Origin: Deltaproteobacteria bacterium
Lineage (GTDB): Bacteria > Desulfobacterota > Desulfobulbia > Desulfobulbales > SURF-16
Assembly (NCBI GenBank): GCA_029933005.1
Contig: JAOZOY010000008.1
Location: 1 to 59,614 of the forward strand
Direction of reading: 5' to 3'
DNA: 59,614 bases
Positions 18,953 to 28,496 of the stretch are shown here, one piece after another; the stretch's first letter is position 1, and the number at the start of each line of letters is the position of its first letter. The notes below the pieces were generated by a model. The model did no database searches. It saw nothing but the letters and a program-made list of their open reading frames with translations, and had not been told where the DNA came from. Made by a program: the position numbers and the translations under genes.

Positions 18953-19369
18953 ATGAAGAGCTATTACAAGGAACTCTGGTTTGAGGTACCCACCCGCCGG
19001 GCCTTTATCAATATTACGCCCGAGGTGGAAAAATGTCTGGCCGAAAGCGGTATCAAGGAAGGGTTGTTGCTTTGCAATGCCATGCATATCACAGCCTCTG
19101 TTTTTATTAATGACGATGAATCAGGCCTGCATCATGATTATGATGTCTGGCTAGAAAAACTGGCCCCCCATGCGCCGGTTTCCCAGTATCACCATAACGG
19201 TTATGAGGACAATGCCGATGCTCACATGAAAAGGCAGGTTATGGGCCGCGAGGTGGTGGTGGCTATTACTGACGGCAAGCTTCATTTCGGCACCTGGGAG
19301 CGGATCTTTTACGGCGAGTTTGACGGCCGTCGCAGAAAGCGTGTGCTGGTGAAGATTATCGGGGAGTAA
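18953..19369 (+). CDS. yjbQ: YjbQ/UPF0047 family protein
   Basis: [31 protein letters not shown]. Confidence 0.88.
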   Translation: MKSYYKELWFEVPTRRAFINITPEVEKCLAESGIKEGLLLCNAMHITASVFINDDESGLHHDYDVWLEKLAPHAPVSQYHHNGYEDNADAHMKRQVMGREVVVAITDGKLHFGTWERIFYGEFDGRRRKRVLVKIIGE

Positions 19370-19416
19370 ACGTTCTATGACTGATGTGTTACATGAGGAT
19401 CTATGTGTGCGGTTGG

Positions 19417-20358
19417 CTATTTTTTATCGTGCAGAATTTGTTTAATTTTCGGCCACAGCTCCTGCAGTTTTTCCTGATCTTGCACCGTTATGGTCAGGGT
19501 GAGTTCGTCTTTTTCAAATGAAGGAGGGTGGCTCAGGCTGACGCCTTTCGGTAGTTGAAGTTTGCCGGTAAAGCGGCGGAATTTCTGTTTGGCCTCGCTC
19601 AGACGGGGAAAGCGTTTTTTGTTGATCCAGGCCATGAGGTTCGCTGCTTTCTGGGGAAGATTGGCCTCGGGATGATTGAGAATTGTTTCGGCCTCGGGGT
19701 CGGAAAGAAATCGGCGGATGGATGAGTTAGTGCGGACAGCAAGTTCCCGGCTGGAAATGGTTAGTTTTTTCTGGTTACCGACACTTAAATGAAGCAGGGT
19801 AATGACTTCAAAGATGGCCATCCTGTCGCCAAAATCAAGTTTGCCCAGTTCCATGGCTACTTTTTTGTCCAGTTGTCCTTTGTGAACGGCAACAATGAGA
19901 GGCCCTTCAATGTCAAGGAGGGAGATAAAGCGTTTGATCAGGTTGGGCCGCGGGGGAAACCCGAGCGGGGGCAGAAATCGTTCGGCCGCCTCGTTGGCAT
20001 CTGTCTCCTGTAAAATTTTCTGAAAAAAGATGGCCTGTTCAATCGGATTGATCTTTCCATTAAGAAGCATTTCCTCCAGGGCAATGGCCAGTCCGTCAAG
20101 AATTGTGGCTGAGGAGGTCATGACCTGACAGTCACAGCAGGCCCGGCCTGACTCCTTTGCCACGCGCAACCTTTTCCGTCCGGAAATAATTTGAAAACAT
20201 TTCTCTCTTTTTTCCCGGACAATGGGCGGATGCAGAATACCGGTTCTTTTGATGGATTCTTTCAGCTTTGCGGTAATGATTTCTACGCCGGGCGGAGCCA
20301 GGCTGAAGCTGTCATCATCAAAGTCAATCTGATTGAAACGAATACGGCGAGTTTGCAT
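19417..20358 (-). CDS. ParB/Srx N-terminal domain protein
   Basis: LKESIKRTGILHPPIV...IISGRKRL; start probably MQTRRI at 20358. Confidence 0.75.
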   Translation of the reverse strand: MQTRRIRFNQIDFDDDSFSLAPPGVEIITAKLKESIKRTGILHPPIVREKREKCFQIISGRKRLRVAKESGRACCDCQVMTSSATILDGLAIALEEMLLNGKINPIEQAIFFQKILQETDANEAAERFLPPLGFPPRPNLIKRFISLLDIEGPLIVAVHKGQLDKKVAMELGKLDFGDRMAIFEVITLLHLSVGNQKKLTISSRELAVRTNSSIRRFLSDPEAETILNHPEANLPQKAANLMAWINKKRFPRLSEAKQKFRRFTGKLQLPKGVSLSHPPSFEKDELTLTITVQDQEKLQELWPKIKQILHDKK

Positions 20359-20459
20359 ATGGGTTCCTGGTGAGAAAAGAATCAAAAAATTGGTTGGTCA
20401 GCTCTGCTTCATAGTATAAAGTGCGAAGAACGGCAAATGAAATTAAGTGAGGAGAATCC

Positions 20460-21101
20460 TTGAAAGTCAGTATGATTGCAGCCATGAGCCTTTGCGGCCG
20501 CATCAGTCCGGGTCCTCTGGCCGGTCGCCGGGATCGCTGTCTGCTTGAAAAGATGCGTAGTGAAACCGGGGCCAGTTTGTTGGGAGCGGAAACTCTGCGC
20601 TCCGCTGATCCGGAAATGAGCGGGCCGGATGGAGTTGATCCAAGCCGTTTCAGGGGAATCATAACCTTATCCGGCCGTATTCCGGTGACTGGCAAAAAAA
20701 TATTTCAAGGTGAAAATAAACCGATTATATTTACCGGCAGCAAGGTGTATAGCGATTTACGGCAAGGATTGACGGGACTGGCCCATGTCGTCCAGTTGGA
20801 GTCGGGGCCGGCGGGTTTATCGATTGGCGCGGCCTTGGCCTTTTTTGCCGGAAAAGGTGTGGATTCGGTTTTGATTGAAGGCGGCGGAAAACTAAATTAT
20901 GCTGCGCTTCTGGAGGGGGTTGTCGATGAAGTCATCATTACCATTGCTCCCAAACTTTCCGGTGATAGTCAGGCCTCTTTGCTGGTTGACGGGGAGAGTC
21001 CGCTTGGTTTTCCATTTCTGAATCTGGAGTTGATTTCGTGCAAAGCGGCTTCAAACGGTGAGATCTATACCCGTTACCGGGTTTGTAGGGGGAATCATTA
21101 A
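20460..21101 (+). CDS. Stand-alone RibD C-terminal (pyrimidine reductase/DHFR-fold) protein
   Basis: AMSLCGRI, LLGAETLRSADP, VLIEGGGKL, VDEVIITIAPKL; TTG start with GAGGAG RBS. Confidence 0.8.
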   Translation: MKVSMIAAMSLCGRISPGPLAGRRDRCLLEKMRSETGASLLGAETLRSADPEMSGPDGVDPSRFRGIITLSGRIPVTGKKIFQGENKPIIFTGSKVYSDLRQGLTGLAHVVQLESGPAGLSIGAALAFFAGKGVDSVLIEGGGKLNYAALLEGVVDEVIITIAPKLSGDSQASLLVDGESPLGFPFLNLELISCKAASNGEIYTRYRVCRGNH

Positions 21102-21102
21102 A

Positions 21103-21846
21103 ATGCATAAACAGGAGCTTGCCATTCTTTTTTCAGGGGGCACGGATTCACTCGCACTTTACGCATTGGCTGTTGCCGGTCATCATTCCGAATTGCCCAG
21201 GCCGCGTCGTATTCATCTTCTGCATATGCTGAACGGTATGGGACGGTTCCCTGATTTTCCCCGAAACCGGTTTGATGTGGCCCGGACGATACTGGCTGCC
21301 CAGGTTTCCCGGAGCAATGAAATTCCTGAGGCGGATCTGGTTGAACTGGATATGGGCCGACTTTTTCAGGGGTTGTGGTTGGACCGCTATGAAGAGTTGA
21401 TGCCCCGTTTCGGCGGCAGGAATCTGGTCTGCGTTGCCTGTAAGCTTGGAATGCATATTCGGGCCGTGATCTATTGCGCTGAACATCTTGTTCCACGGGC
21501 TGTGGCCGGTTATGCGAGAAAGCAGGATTTCTACCCGGAGCAGACTCTGGTCTTTATGGAGAAGATTGCTGAATTTTCCAGTCGTTTCGGTATAAAAACA
21601 TCTTTTCCCGTTTATGATGATTTCAGCGATGACATGACGACAAGGCAGGTTCTGGAGGATTTCGGCCTGCCGTCCACCGGCGGCGGTGAGAGAAAATGTC
21701 TGTTTTGCCAGACCCTGACAACGGCTGGTGAAAAAGAGATCAGCCGTTATCTTGATGAGATGATTCCTCGCGCCGTTGATTATGTTGATTTTCGCATGGC
21801 CGGCCGTCTGGCCGAGGCTGCGGCTTGTTTTCCGCCGGGTCGCTAG
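21103..21846 (+). CDS. PP-loop (adenine nucleotide alpha-hydrolase) enzyme of unknown function with two CxxC motifs
   Basis: ILFSGGTDS PP-loop, CVACK and CLFC; ATG 2 nt after the upstream stop. Confidence 0.7.
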   Translation: MHKQELAILFSGGTDSLALYALAVAGHHSELPRPRRIHLLHMLNGMGRFPDFPRNRFDVARTILAAQVSRSNEIPEADLVELDMGRLFQGLWLDRYEELMPRFGGRNLVCVACKLGMHIRAVIYCAEHLVPRAVAGYARKQDFYPEQTLVFMEKIAEFSSRFGIKTSFPVYDDFSDDMTTRQVLEDFGLPSTGGGERKCLFCQTLTTAGEKEISRYLDEMIPRAVDYVDFRMAGRLAEAAACFPPGR

Positions 21847-21925
21847 GACTGTGCTTTACCCACAAGTCATAAGACAGCTGCCTTCGCCGCTATCGTCATC
21901 CCCGACAAAAACACTCGGGGATGAG
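21847..21925. mobile_element. Partial CTAG-flanked MITE (same family as 31351-31517)
   Basis: ctag|gactgtgctttacccacaagtcataa...tcgccgctatcgtcatccccga aligns with the reverse complement of 31440-31516. Confidence 0.65.
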
Positions 21926-21938
21926 GTGCTGAGAACTA

Positions 21939-22311
21939 AGGCTCTTCCGAATAATTAGTGGGTGATTTAGTAAAATTCATACTAAAATTTACCTTGATTT
22001 AGCTCAAACTGCTTTGGCGGTAGCAAGAGTTCTCTGCGTTGTCAAGGCCAAGCCCTTCGGGTGCTCCACTTCGTTATGCAGCCTTGACAACACAGAGAAC
22101 TCTTGCTGAACCTGTAGGTGCCGATGGCGAAAGGACGCCTCTCTTTTTGCCTCTGGCTCAAGGATTTTTCGGGTAGGGGAAATCACACTTCGAGCACTAT
22201 TTTCAATTTGATATGCAAAAATATTTTGTTTTTAAGTAGAAAATAATGACAATATTACAAGATGTTAGCAAGAGAGTGAGAAATATTTACCCACAGATTC
22301 TCTGGAAGAGG
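21939..22311. mobile_element. ~370-bp MITE-like element containing a long hairpin
   Basis: Imperfect TIRs ctcttccgaataattagtgggt / acccacagattctctggaagag; flanking direct repeat gagaacta (21931-21938, 22312-22319); hairpin 22022-22107. Confidence 0.55.
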
Positions 22312-22333
22312 GAGAACTATTTATATAAAAAAA

Positions 22334-23245
22334 ATGAAAAATAAAAATAAAAATAAAACAACCCTTATCCCGGTGGAGCTTCATCGTCAGGTTATTCAGC
22401 TCGGTAAAGATGTCCCGGAGCAGCCGCCTTCCTTTGCCCTGCCCCTGGAAGAAGTGGGAATTACCAATAAAATCGTCTGGATCCGATTGCCGGAAGGCCG
22501 GATTCCCTTTACCGCCAAAGTGACGGTGTCCCTGCCCGGTCATCTGCGTGGTATCCATATGTCCCGTATTGAGCAGGTGATCGCCGAGCTTGATGAGCGT
22601 GAATTTGTTGATCTCCGTGTTTACGGCATGGAACTTGGACGCCGAGTTCTGGACAGTCAGCGCGGTGCCCAGGGTTCGGTGCATCTTTCCGGCAAGATGC
22701 CCCATGTTCGAAGGTCAAAGATCAGCGGCTATTCCTCCATGGATTCAATTGATATCTCAGTGGATATCAAGTTGGAGGAGGTGGAGCAAACAGTTTCGGT
22801 AAAGATCATGCTGGGTGTGGGTGTCTGTCATATCACCGCCTGTCCCTGCACCCAGCTTTATAACAGGGATGTGTTTCAAATCGATGAACATCCATGTCCC
22901 ATGCCGACTCATTCCCAGCGGTCATTGACCTTTTTGCAGATTGATGGAAACCTGGAAAAGCCTGGATTTCATGATCTTCTCAACTGTCTTGAGTCGGCCC
23001 TGCACGTGACCCAGGATCTTCTGAAAAGGCCGGATGAGGCCGAGATTGTCCTGCAATCGCATCAGAGTCCGCAATTTGTCGAGGATGCGGTCAGGGAAAC
23101 AGCCAGGGCTGCTGCTGATTATTTTGATCTGCCCGGAGCTACCCGAATAATCATTGAATCTCTGAGCCTGGAGAGTATCCATATCCATGATGTATGCTGT
23201 CGGCTGGAAACGACTTTGGCCGAAGTGCGCCAGTGTGTGAATTGA
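22334..23245 (+). CDS. folE2: GTP cyclohydrolase, FolE2/MptA family
   Basis: RGIHMSR, TACPC, THSQRS, PQFVED, ESIH motifs. Confidence 0.85.
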   Translation: MKNKNKNKTTLIPVELHRQVIQLGKDVPEQPPSFALPLEEVGITNKIVWIRLPEGRIPFTAKVTVSLPGHLRGIHMSRIEQVIAELDEREFVDLRVYGMELGRRVLDSQRGAQGSVHLSGKMPHVRRSKISGYSSMDSIDISVDIKLEEVEQTVSVKIMLGVGVCHITACPCTQLYNRDVFQIDEHPCPMPTHSQRSLTFLQIDGNLEKPGFHDLLNCLESALHVTQDLLKRPDEAEIVLQSHQSPQFVEDAVRETARAAADYFDLPGATRIIIESLSLESIHIHDVCCRLETTLAEVRQCVN

Positions 23246-23246
23246 T

Positions 23247-24722
23247 TTGAAAGATGAGATGATTCAAACCTTTGACTTGGACTGGCTGAAAAACTATCCG
23301 GCTGAACTGCTCCAGGCCCTTTCCCGTCTTGCCGGAGCGAGCAGGACAGAACTTTTTGTGGTGGGAGGGGCCGTGCGCGACCATATCTCCGGATCGTTTG
23401 CCCATGATCTCGATATTGCCATACCCTCCGGAGCTCTTTTGTTTGCCGGAAATCTGGCTGCGGATCTAGGCGGCACCTATGTCCTGCTTGACCAAGGGGA
23501 GGGCGTGGCCAGGGTCGTCTGGAAGGGATTTGATATTGATCTGGCTAATTTTCGTGATCAGACAACTTCCATTGAGGACGATCTTTTAAAACGGGATTTC
23601 ACCATTAACGCCATGGCTTTTCGTTTTCCTGATGAATCCGGCAAAACAGAGTATGAAATTATTGATCCGGCAGGCGGTCGGCAGGATTTTTATCATGGTC
23701 TGGTTCGCGTCATGAGTCCGACCGCTTTTGAAAATGATCCCCTGCGTCTGCTCCGGGCCTATCGTTTCAAAGCGACCCTGGGTTTTCAGCTTGAGCCGGA
23801 TACAAAAAAATGGATTGGCGAATACGGCCACCTCCTTTCACGGGCGGCGCCTGAACGGATCAGTTCTGAATTGCAACGGATTATGGCCTCGGATCGGGCC
23901 GGGGTCACTGTTTTCTCCATGGTCGAAAGCGGCCTGTTCTGGTATATTTTTCCGGAGTTAAAAAAAGGGAAAGGAATGGCGCAGCCGACAAGCCATCATC
24001 TTGATGTTTTTTCTCATTGCCTGGCGGCCCTTGACTGGATGGAAAAATTACAGGCACGGTCAAATGAATTTTTCCCTGGGGAGCTGGCGGCAAAAATTTC
24101 TGCTTATCTCGGGCATGAAGAAAACCGTGTCCGGCTGAAATGGGCGGCACTTTTTCATGATCTGGGTAAACCGGACTGCCATCTTATCCGTCAGGGCCGC
24201 ATCACCTTTTACAATCATGACCAGGCCGGGGCTGAAGGGTTTGAAAAGATCGGCGAGCGGCTGCGTTGGAGCCGGGAGGATATCAAGCGCGTCAGTCGGT
24301 TGATCCGGCTCCATATGTGGCCTTTTCATTTGAATAATTCCAGGAAAAAAACCGGCATTACAGCTAAGGCCTGTCTGCGCCTGGTTAAGGCAGTGGGTGA
24401 TGATCTAGCCGGTCTTTTCCTCCTGGCCATGGCTGACAGTCTGGCCGGGCAGGGGGTGAACAGGCCGCCGGCCATGGAAGAGGAACTGGTGGAATTGTAC
24501 TTTGAAGTAGAACGGGTCTGCCGGGAACAGGTGAGGCCGGTGCTTGAGCAGCCCCCTATTGTCACCGGCCATGACCTGATTGATCTGGGCCTGACTCCCG
24601 GCCCGGATTTTAAAATGATTCTTTCCAGCCTGGAAAAGGCCCGGATTGAGGGCAGCATTCAAACCCGGAGCCAGGGGCTGGCATGGCTTGAATCCTTTGT
24701 TGCTGAAAATAATTTGCTTTGA
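23247..24722 (+). CDS. CCA-adding/poly(A) polymerase family nucleotidyltransferase with HD domain
   Basis: VVGGAVRD, DLDIA, KRDFTINAMA, DPLRLLRA, ERI, HH.DVFSH, ALFHDLGK; start TTG 23247 or ATG 23259. Confidence 0.9.
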   Translation: MKDEMIQTFDLDWLKNYPAELLQALSRLAGASRTELFVVGGAVRDHISGSFAHDLDIAIPSGALLFAGNLAADLGGTYVLLDQGEGVARVVWKGFDIDLANFRDQTTSIEDDLLKRDFTINAMAFRFPDESGKTEYEIIDPAGGRQDFYHGLVRVMSPTAFENDPLRLLRAYRFKATLGFQLEPDTKKWIGEYGHLLSRAAPERISSELQRIMASDRAGVTVFSMVESGLFWYIFPELKKGKGMAQPTSHHLDVFSHCLAALDWMEKLQARSNEFFPGELAAKISAYLGHEENRVRLKWAALFHDLGKPDCHLIRQGRITFYNHDQAGAEGFEKIGERLRWSREDIKRVSRLIRLHMWPFHLNNSRKKTGITAKACLRLVKAVGDDLAGLFLLAMADSLAGQGVNRPPAMEEELVELYFEVERVCREQVRPVLEQPPIVTGHDLIDLGLTPGPDFKMILSSLEKARIEGSIQTRSQGLAWLESFVAENNLL

Positions 24723-24767
24723 TTCAGGGTGGTTTAGTGCCTTACGCTTGAGCTTCTGCGAAAAAAA

Positions 24768-24822
24768 CAAGAGATAAGCGCAGACTTCGAACTCGGAAAG
24801 TAGTTTTGAAATAAGGTAGCTA
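24768..24822. repeat. Dispersed repeat shared with 31560-31583
   Basis: caagagataagcgcagacttcgaa is the reverse complement (22/24) of ttcgaagtctacgcttatctcctg; both regions also contain tagctac. Confidence 0.5.
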
Positions 24823-24894
24823 TATCTACCACCAAGGCATTTATTCTAAAAAATTTGATGTGTCTTCTTCTTTAGTGGGTTAGGAAAAATTGAT

Positions 24895-25389
24895 ATGGAA
24901 CAAGTTGAAAGAAAATTGATCCCCAGTCTTCGTGAAGGCGTGGATGTGATCAGGATGATTTTTTTTAAAAGGCTGAAAGAATATCTTGTCGGCAAATATG
25001 GGCAGGAATCCCCCCCTTTTCATGGAATGCTGGCCGGCGCCATCATGAATGAGCTGTTTGGGACCATAAACCCTGATGAAAAATTTGCCTCATTTGCCCT
25101 GGAAAATCGGGATCGTATCCAGGAGGAACTGCAACTGGCTGCGTCTGAATTCGAGGATCTTCGTATCCTGCTGACTGATGGACTGCGTATTCACTTCCTC
25201 TGTAATCATCAGGAGGAAATTGTGGAAGAAAAAGAAAACGAGGAAATTCTTGCCCGGGCCCGGGAATATGGCATCTTGATCGAAGAACGGGATGTGCCTC
25301 TGCCCAAAGGGTTTATGGAACTCGTCTATCGGGTCGGTAAGTCATACGGTCTTGTGGGTTCCCGGGAAAACTCGCCTGTTGCCACATGA
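24895..25389 (+). CDS. Hypothetical protein
   Basis: 164-aa ORF with AGGA RBS and globular composition; no recognised motif. Confidence 0.7.
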   Translation: MEQVERKLIPSLREGVDVIRMIFFKRLKEYLVGKYGQESPPFHGMLAGAIMNELFGTINPDEKFASFALENRDRIQEELQLAASEFEDLRILLTDGLRIHFLCNHQEEIVEEKENEEILARAREYGILIEERDVPLPKGFMELVYRVGKSYGLVGSRENSPVAT

Positions 25390-25508
25390 CGACTGAATAG
25401 TTTTTGAAATAACTCGTTGCCTGTTGTAGAATTTAATATTGTGTCAGTGTCGGTTCGGACAAGGTTGGTATTTTAAAAACAGACGTTATGCGGAAGCGGG
25501 AGAATAAA

Positions 25509-25868
25509 ATGGGAAAGAAAGAACGGCGGAAATTTATACGCAGGGACTCTCTGAATCTGCTGGATTATGTTGTCCTTGATAATGCGGGGACAATGAAAGA
25601 TCACGCCATGGGCAGAACATTAAATGTGAGTGAGAATGGTATTTTACTTGAAACTCATCTTTCCCTGTCACTGAGTCAGCTCCTTTTGATTACCCTTGGT
25701 CTGGAGGAAGATTTAATTGATCTGAAGGGGGAGGTTGTCCATACGAAGGAAGTTGATGATGACCTGTATCAATCCGGAATTGTATTTGTTGAGATCGACG
25801 CCGAAGGCCAGAGAATTTTGAATCGCTACCTGGAGGCTTTTCAGGAAGTTTTCGGCGGTAAGGATTAA
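25509..25868 (+). CDS. PilZ domain protein
   Basis: RRKFIR (RxxxR) and NVSENG (D/NxSxxG). Confidence 0.85.
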   Translation: MGKKERRKFIRRDSLNLLDYVVLDNAGTMKDHAMGRTLNVSENGILLETHLSLSLSQLLLITLGLEEDLIDLKGEVVHTKEVDDDLYQSGIVFVEIDAEGQRILNRYLEAFQEVFGGKD

Positions 25869-25889
25869 ACGTTTATCTACGTTTAATTT

Positions 25890-25939
25890 TCTCACAGAGG
25901 CACAGAATTTTTCTTTGTGAGTTCAGCGCCTCTGTGAGA
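25890..25939. repeat. CACAGAG/CTCTGTG hairpin repeat
   Basis: tctcacagaggcacaga...gcgcctctgtgaga. Confidence 0.75.
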
Positions 25940-25968
25940 GATAATTTTTACATATTTTTTGAAAATGA

Positions 25969-26553
25969 ATGAAAAAAGTACAGGATCATTATTTCAAGAA
26001 GGCAAAAAAAGATAATTATCCCGCCAGATCGGTTTATAAGCTTGAGGAGGCGCAAAAAAAGTTTCAGATTTTACGGAGGAATGATAAGGTTCTTGACTTG
26101 GGGTGTCATCCGGGCAGCTGGACAAAATTTACGGCCGGGATTGTTGGCGGAAAAGGTCGAGTCGTTGGTATTGATCTGCAACAATGCCGGATCAAGGGCC
26201 CGGCCGGTGGTGCTGAAATTGAATTGATCCGGGGTGATATTTTTGATCCGGAACTTCCTGTATTGCAGGAGGCTGAATTTGACGTGGTGTTAAGCGACAT
26301 GGCCCCGAAAACCAGCGGCAATAAGTTTTCTGATCATGTAAAATCCGTTGAGCTGGCGCGCCGTGCCCTTGAAATTGCCAACAAGGTATTACGAAAGAAC
26401 GGCCATTTTTACTGCAAGGTGTTTCAGGGCGAGGATTTTCCTGGTTTCGTCGAGGACACCCGGCAGTTTTTTTCAAAAGTCAAGGTGGTCAAGCCTAAGA
26501 GTTCCCGCTCTGAGAGTCGGGAAGTTTTTGTGCTTGGTATGAATTTAGTTTGA
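25969..26553 (+). CDS. rlmE: 23S rRNA Um2552 methyltransferase
   Basis: YPARSVYKL, LDLGCHPGSW, VLSDMAP, KVFQG, KPKSSRSESRE. Confidence 0.93.
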   Translation: MKKVQDHYFKKAKKDNYPARSVYKLEEAQKKFQILRRNDKVLDLGCHPGSWTKFTAGIVGGKGRVVGIDLQQCRIKGPAGGAEIELIRGDIFDPELPVLQEAEFDVVLSDMAPKTSGNKFSDHVKSVELARRALEIANKVLRKNGHFYCKVFQGEDFPGFVEDTRQFFSKVKVVKPKSSRSESREVFVLGMNLV

Positions 26554-26599
26554 AATGATAAATCGAAGAATTTGCATCATATCATAATGGAGGAAAAGG

Positions 26600-27349
26600 G
26601 TGTCCGGACATTCAAAGTGGAGCACGATTAAGAGAAAAAAAGGCGCGACTGATGCCAAACGGGGCAAGATTTTTACCAGGCTGATTAAGGAAATCACAGT
26701 GGCAGCCAGGATGGGGGGCGGAGATCCTAGCGGTAATCCCAGGCTGAGAAGTGCCATTTCCTCGGCCAAGAGCGAAAATATGCCCAAGGATAATATTGAG
26801 CGGGCGATTAAGAAAGGAACCGGTGAGCTTGAGGGAGCGGTCTACGAAGAGATTATGTATGAAGGGTACGGGCCCGGAGGGGTGGCCGTATTGGTGGACT
26901 GCATGACCGACAATAAAAACCGGACTGTGGCTGAGGTTCGCTATTTTTTTTCCAAGAGCGGCGGCAACCTTGGTGAGTCCGGCTGTGTCTCCTGGATGTT
27001 TGACCGCAAAGGTTCCATCCTGATTGATAAGACGACTATTGATGAGGAGAAGTTGATGGATCTGGCCCTGGAGGCAGGGGCCGAGGATGTGGTTGAGGAG
27101 GAGAATGAATTCCAGGTGGTGACCGATCCCGATGATTTTGAAAGCGTCAGAGAAGCCCTGACCAATGAGGGGGTGATCTTTCTAGAGGCCTCCATCAGCA
27201 TGATTCCTAAAAACGTAGTTGATATCACTGAGGCAAAGGTTGCCAGACAGGTCTTGAAACTCCTGGAAAATCTGGAAGATTTCGAAGACGTCCAGAGTGT
27301 GCATGCCAACTTTGATATTGATGATGCAATCATGGAGAATCTTACATAA
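26600..27349 (+). CDS. yebC: YebC/PmpR family protein
   Basis: [29 protein letters not shown]; GTG start; lies upstream of ruvC. Confidence 0.95.
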   Translation: MSGHSKWSTIKRKKGATDAKRGKIFTRLIKEITVAARMGGGDPSGNPRLRSAISSAKSENMPKDNIERAIKKGTGELEGAVYEEIMYEGYGPGGVAVLVDCMTDNKNRTVAEVRYFFSKSGGNLGESGCVSWMFDRKGSILIDKTTIDEEKLMDLALEAGAEDVVEEENEFQVVTDPDDFESVREALTNEGVIFLEASISMIPKNVVDITEAKVARQVLKLLENLEDFEDVQSVHANFDIDDAIMENLT

Positions 27350-27352
27350 ACC

Positions 27353-27847
27353 GTGAACAGAACGCCGAAGACCTTGAGAATTCTCGGAATTGATCCAGGC
27401 TCAAGGGCTACGGGATATGGAATCATCGATCAGAGCGGAAATCGGATGATTTTTATCAGTTGCGGGGTTATCAGACCAGATCTCAAAAAAACATTTTCTT
27501 CCCGGCTCCTGGAAATTCATTCCGGTATAAGTGAAGTGATTGAGACCTTTAGCCCTGACCGGGTGGCCATTGAAGATGTTTTTGTCTCCATCAATCCCGG
27601 ATCAGCCCTGAAACTCGGCCATGCCAGGGGGGTTCTGATGCTGGCCGCCATGCAGCATCATCTTGAAATTCATGAATATTCGGCCCGCAAGGTCAAACAG
27701 GCCGTGGTGGGGTATGGCCAGGCATCCAAGGAACAGATTCAGCAGGTGGTCAGGGTGCTGTTGAATCTGTCGGCAACACCGAGTCAGGATGCGGCGGACG
27801 GACTGGCCATTGCACTGTGTTGTGCGAATCATGTTGTTTTTTCGTAA
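27353..27847 (+). CDS. ruvC: Holliday junction resolvase RuvC
   Basis: ILGIDPG, AIEDVF, VKQAVVGYG, DAADGLA. Confidence 0.95.
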   Translation: MNRTPKTLRILGIDPGSRATGYGIIDQSGNRMIFISCGVIRPDLKKTFSSRLLEIHSGISEVIETFSPDRVAIEDVFVSINPGSALKLGHARGVLMLAAMQHHLEIHEYSARKVKQAVVGYGQASKEQIQQVVRVLLNLSATPSQDAADGLAIALCCANHVVFS

Positions 27848-27890
27848 CTGTTCAGAGTAGTGATAAATTTATAGTTTTTACGAGACCATT

Positions 27891-28496
27891 ATGATTGCTT
27901 GCCTGAAAGGGGAAATCCTTTTTAAGTCTCCTGAAAAATTGATCCTTGATGTGGGCGGGGTGGGGTACGAGGTTTTTTTTCCCGAGTCAAGCCACGTCCA
28001 TATCCCCGAGATCGGCCAGGAGACCTTTTTGCATATTCACACCCATGTTCGGGAAGATACCTTGATGCTCTACGGGTTTCTTGATACTGTTGAAAAGGAA
28101 ATTTTTTTGATGTTATTGGGTGTTTCCGGCGTGGGACCAAAGTTGGCCCTTTCCATTCTTTCCGGCATCACCCCTGCGGAGTTTTGCCGGGCCATCAGTT
28201 CGAATGATTTACCTCGCCTGGTCAGCTTGTCCGGCATCGGTAAGAAGAAGGCCGAACGGCTCTGCCTTGAGTTGAAGGATAAAGTGCGGTTTATTTCCGT
28301 GACTGAAGATGCGGCAATATCAGTTGTCGTTACAGGACAAACGGAAGAACATTTTGTTGATGATGCGGTTTCTGCCATGGTTAATCTGGGATATCCCCGG
28401 GCCAGTGCGGAACAGGCTGTGCGGGCTGCCTGTCAGCAGGAATCGCCATCCTCCCTAGAGGAACTCCTGCGTCTGGCCTTGAGGACAATTGGATGA
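27891..28496 (+). CDS. ruvA: Holliday junction DNA helicase RuvA
   Basis: [34 protein letters not shown]. Confidence 0.95.
   Translation: MIACLKGEILFKSPEKLILDVGGVGYEVFFPESSHVHIPEIGQETFLHIHTHVREDTLMLYGFLDTVEKEIFLMLLGVSGVGPKLALSILSGITPAEFCRAISSNDLPRLVSLSGIGKKKAERLCLELKDKVRFISVTEDAAISVVVTGQTEEHFVDDAVSAMVNLGYPRASAEQAVRAACQQESPSSLEELLRLALRTIG

Noticed and set aside
19417-23245. 7-deazaguanine DNA modification (dpd) island
   Set aside because: No dpdA/TGT-like, queD or queE gene in the window, and the PP-loop protein is not a clear QueC.
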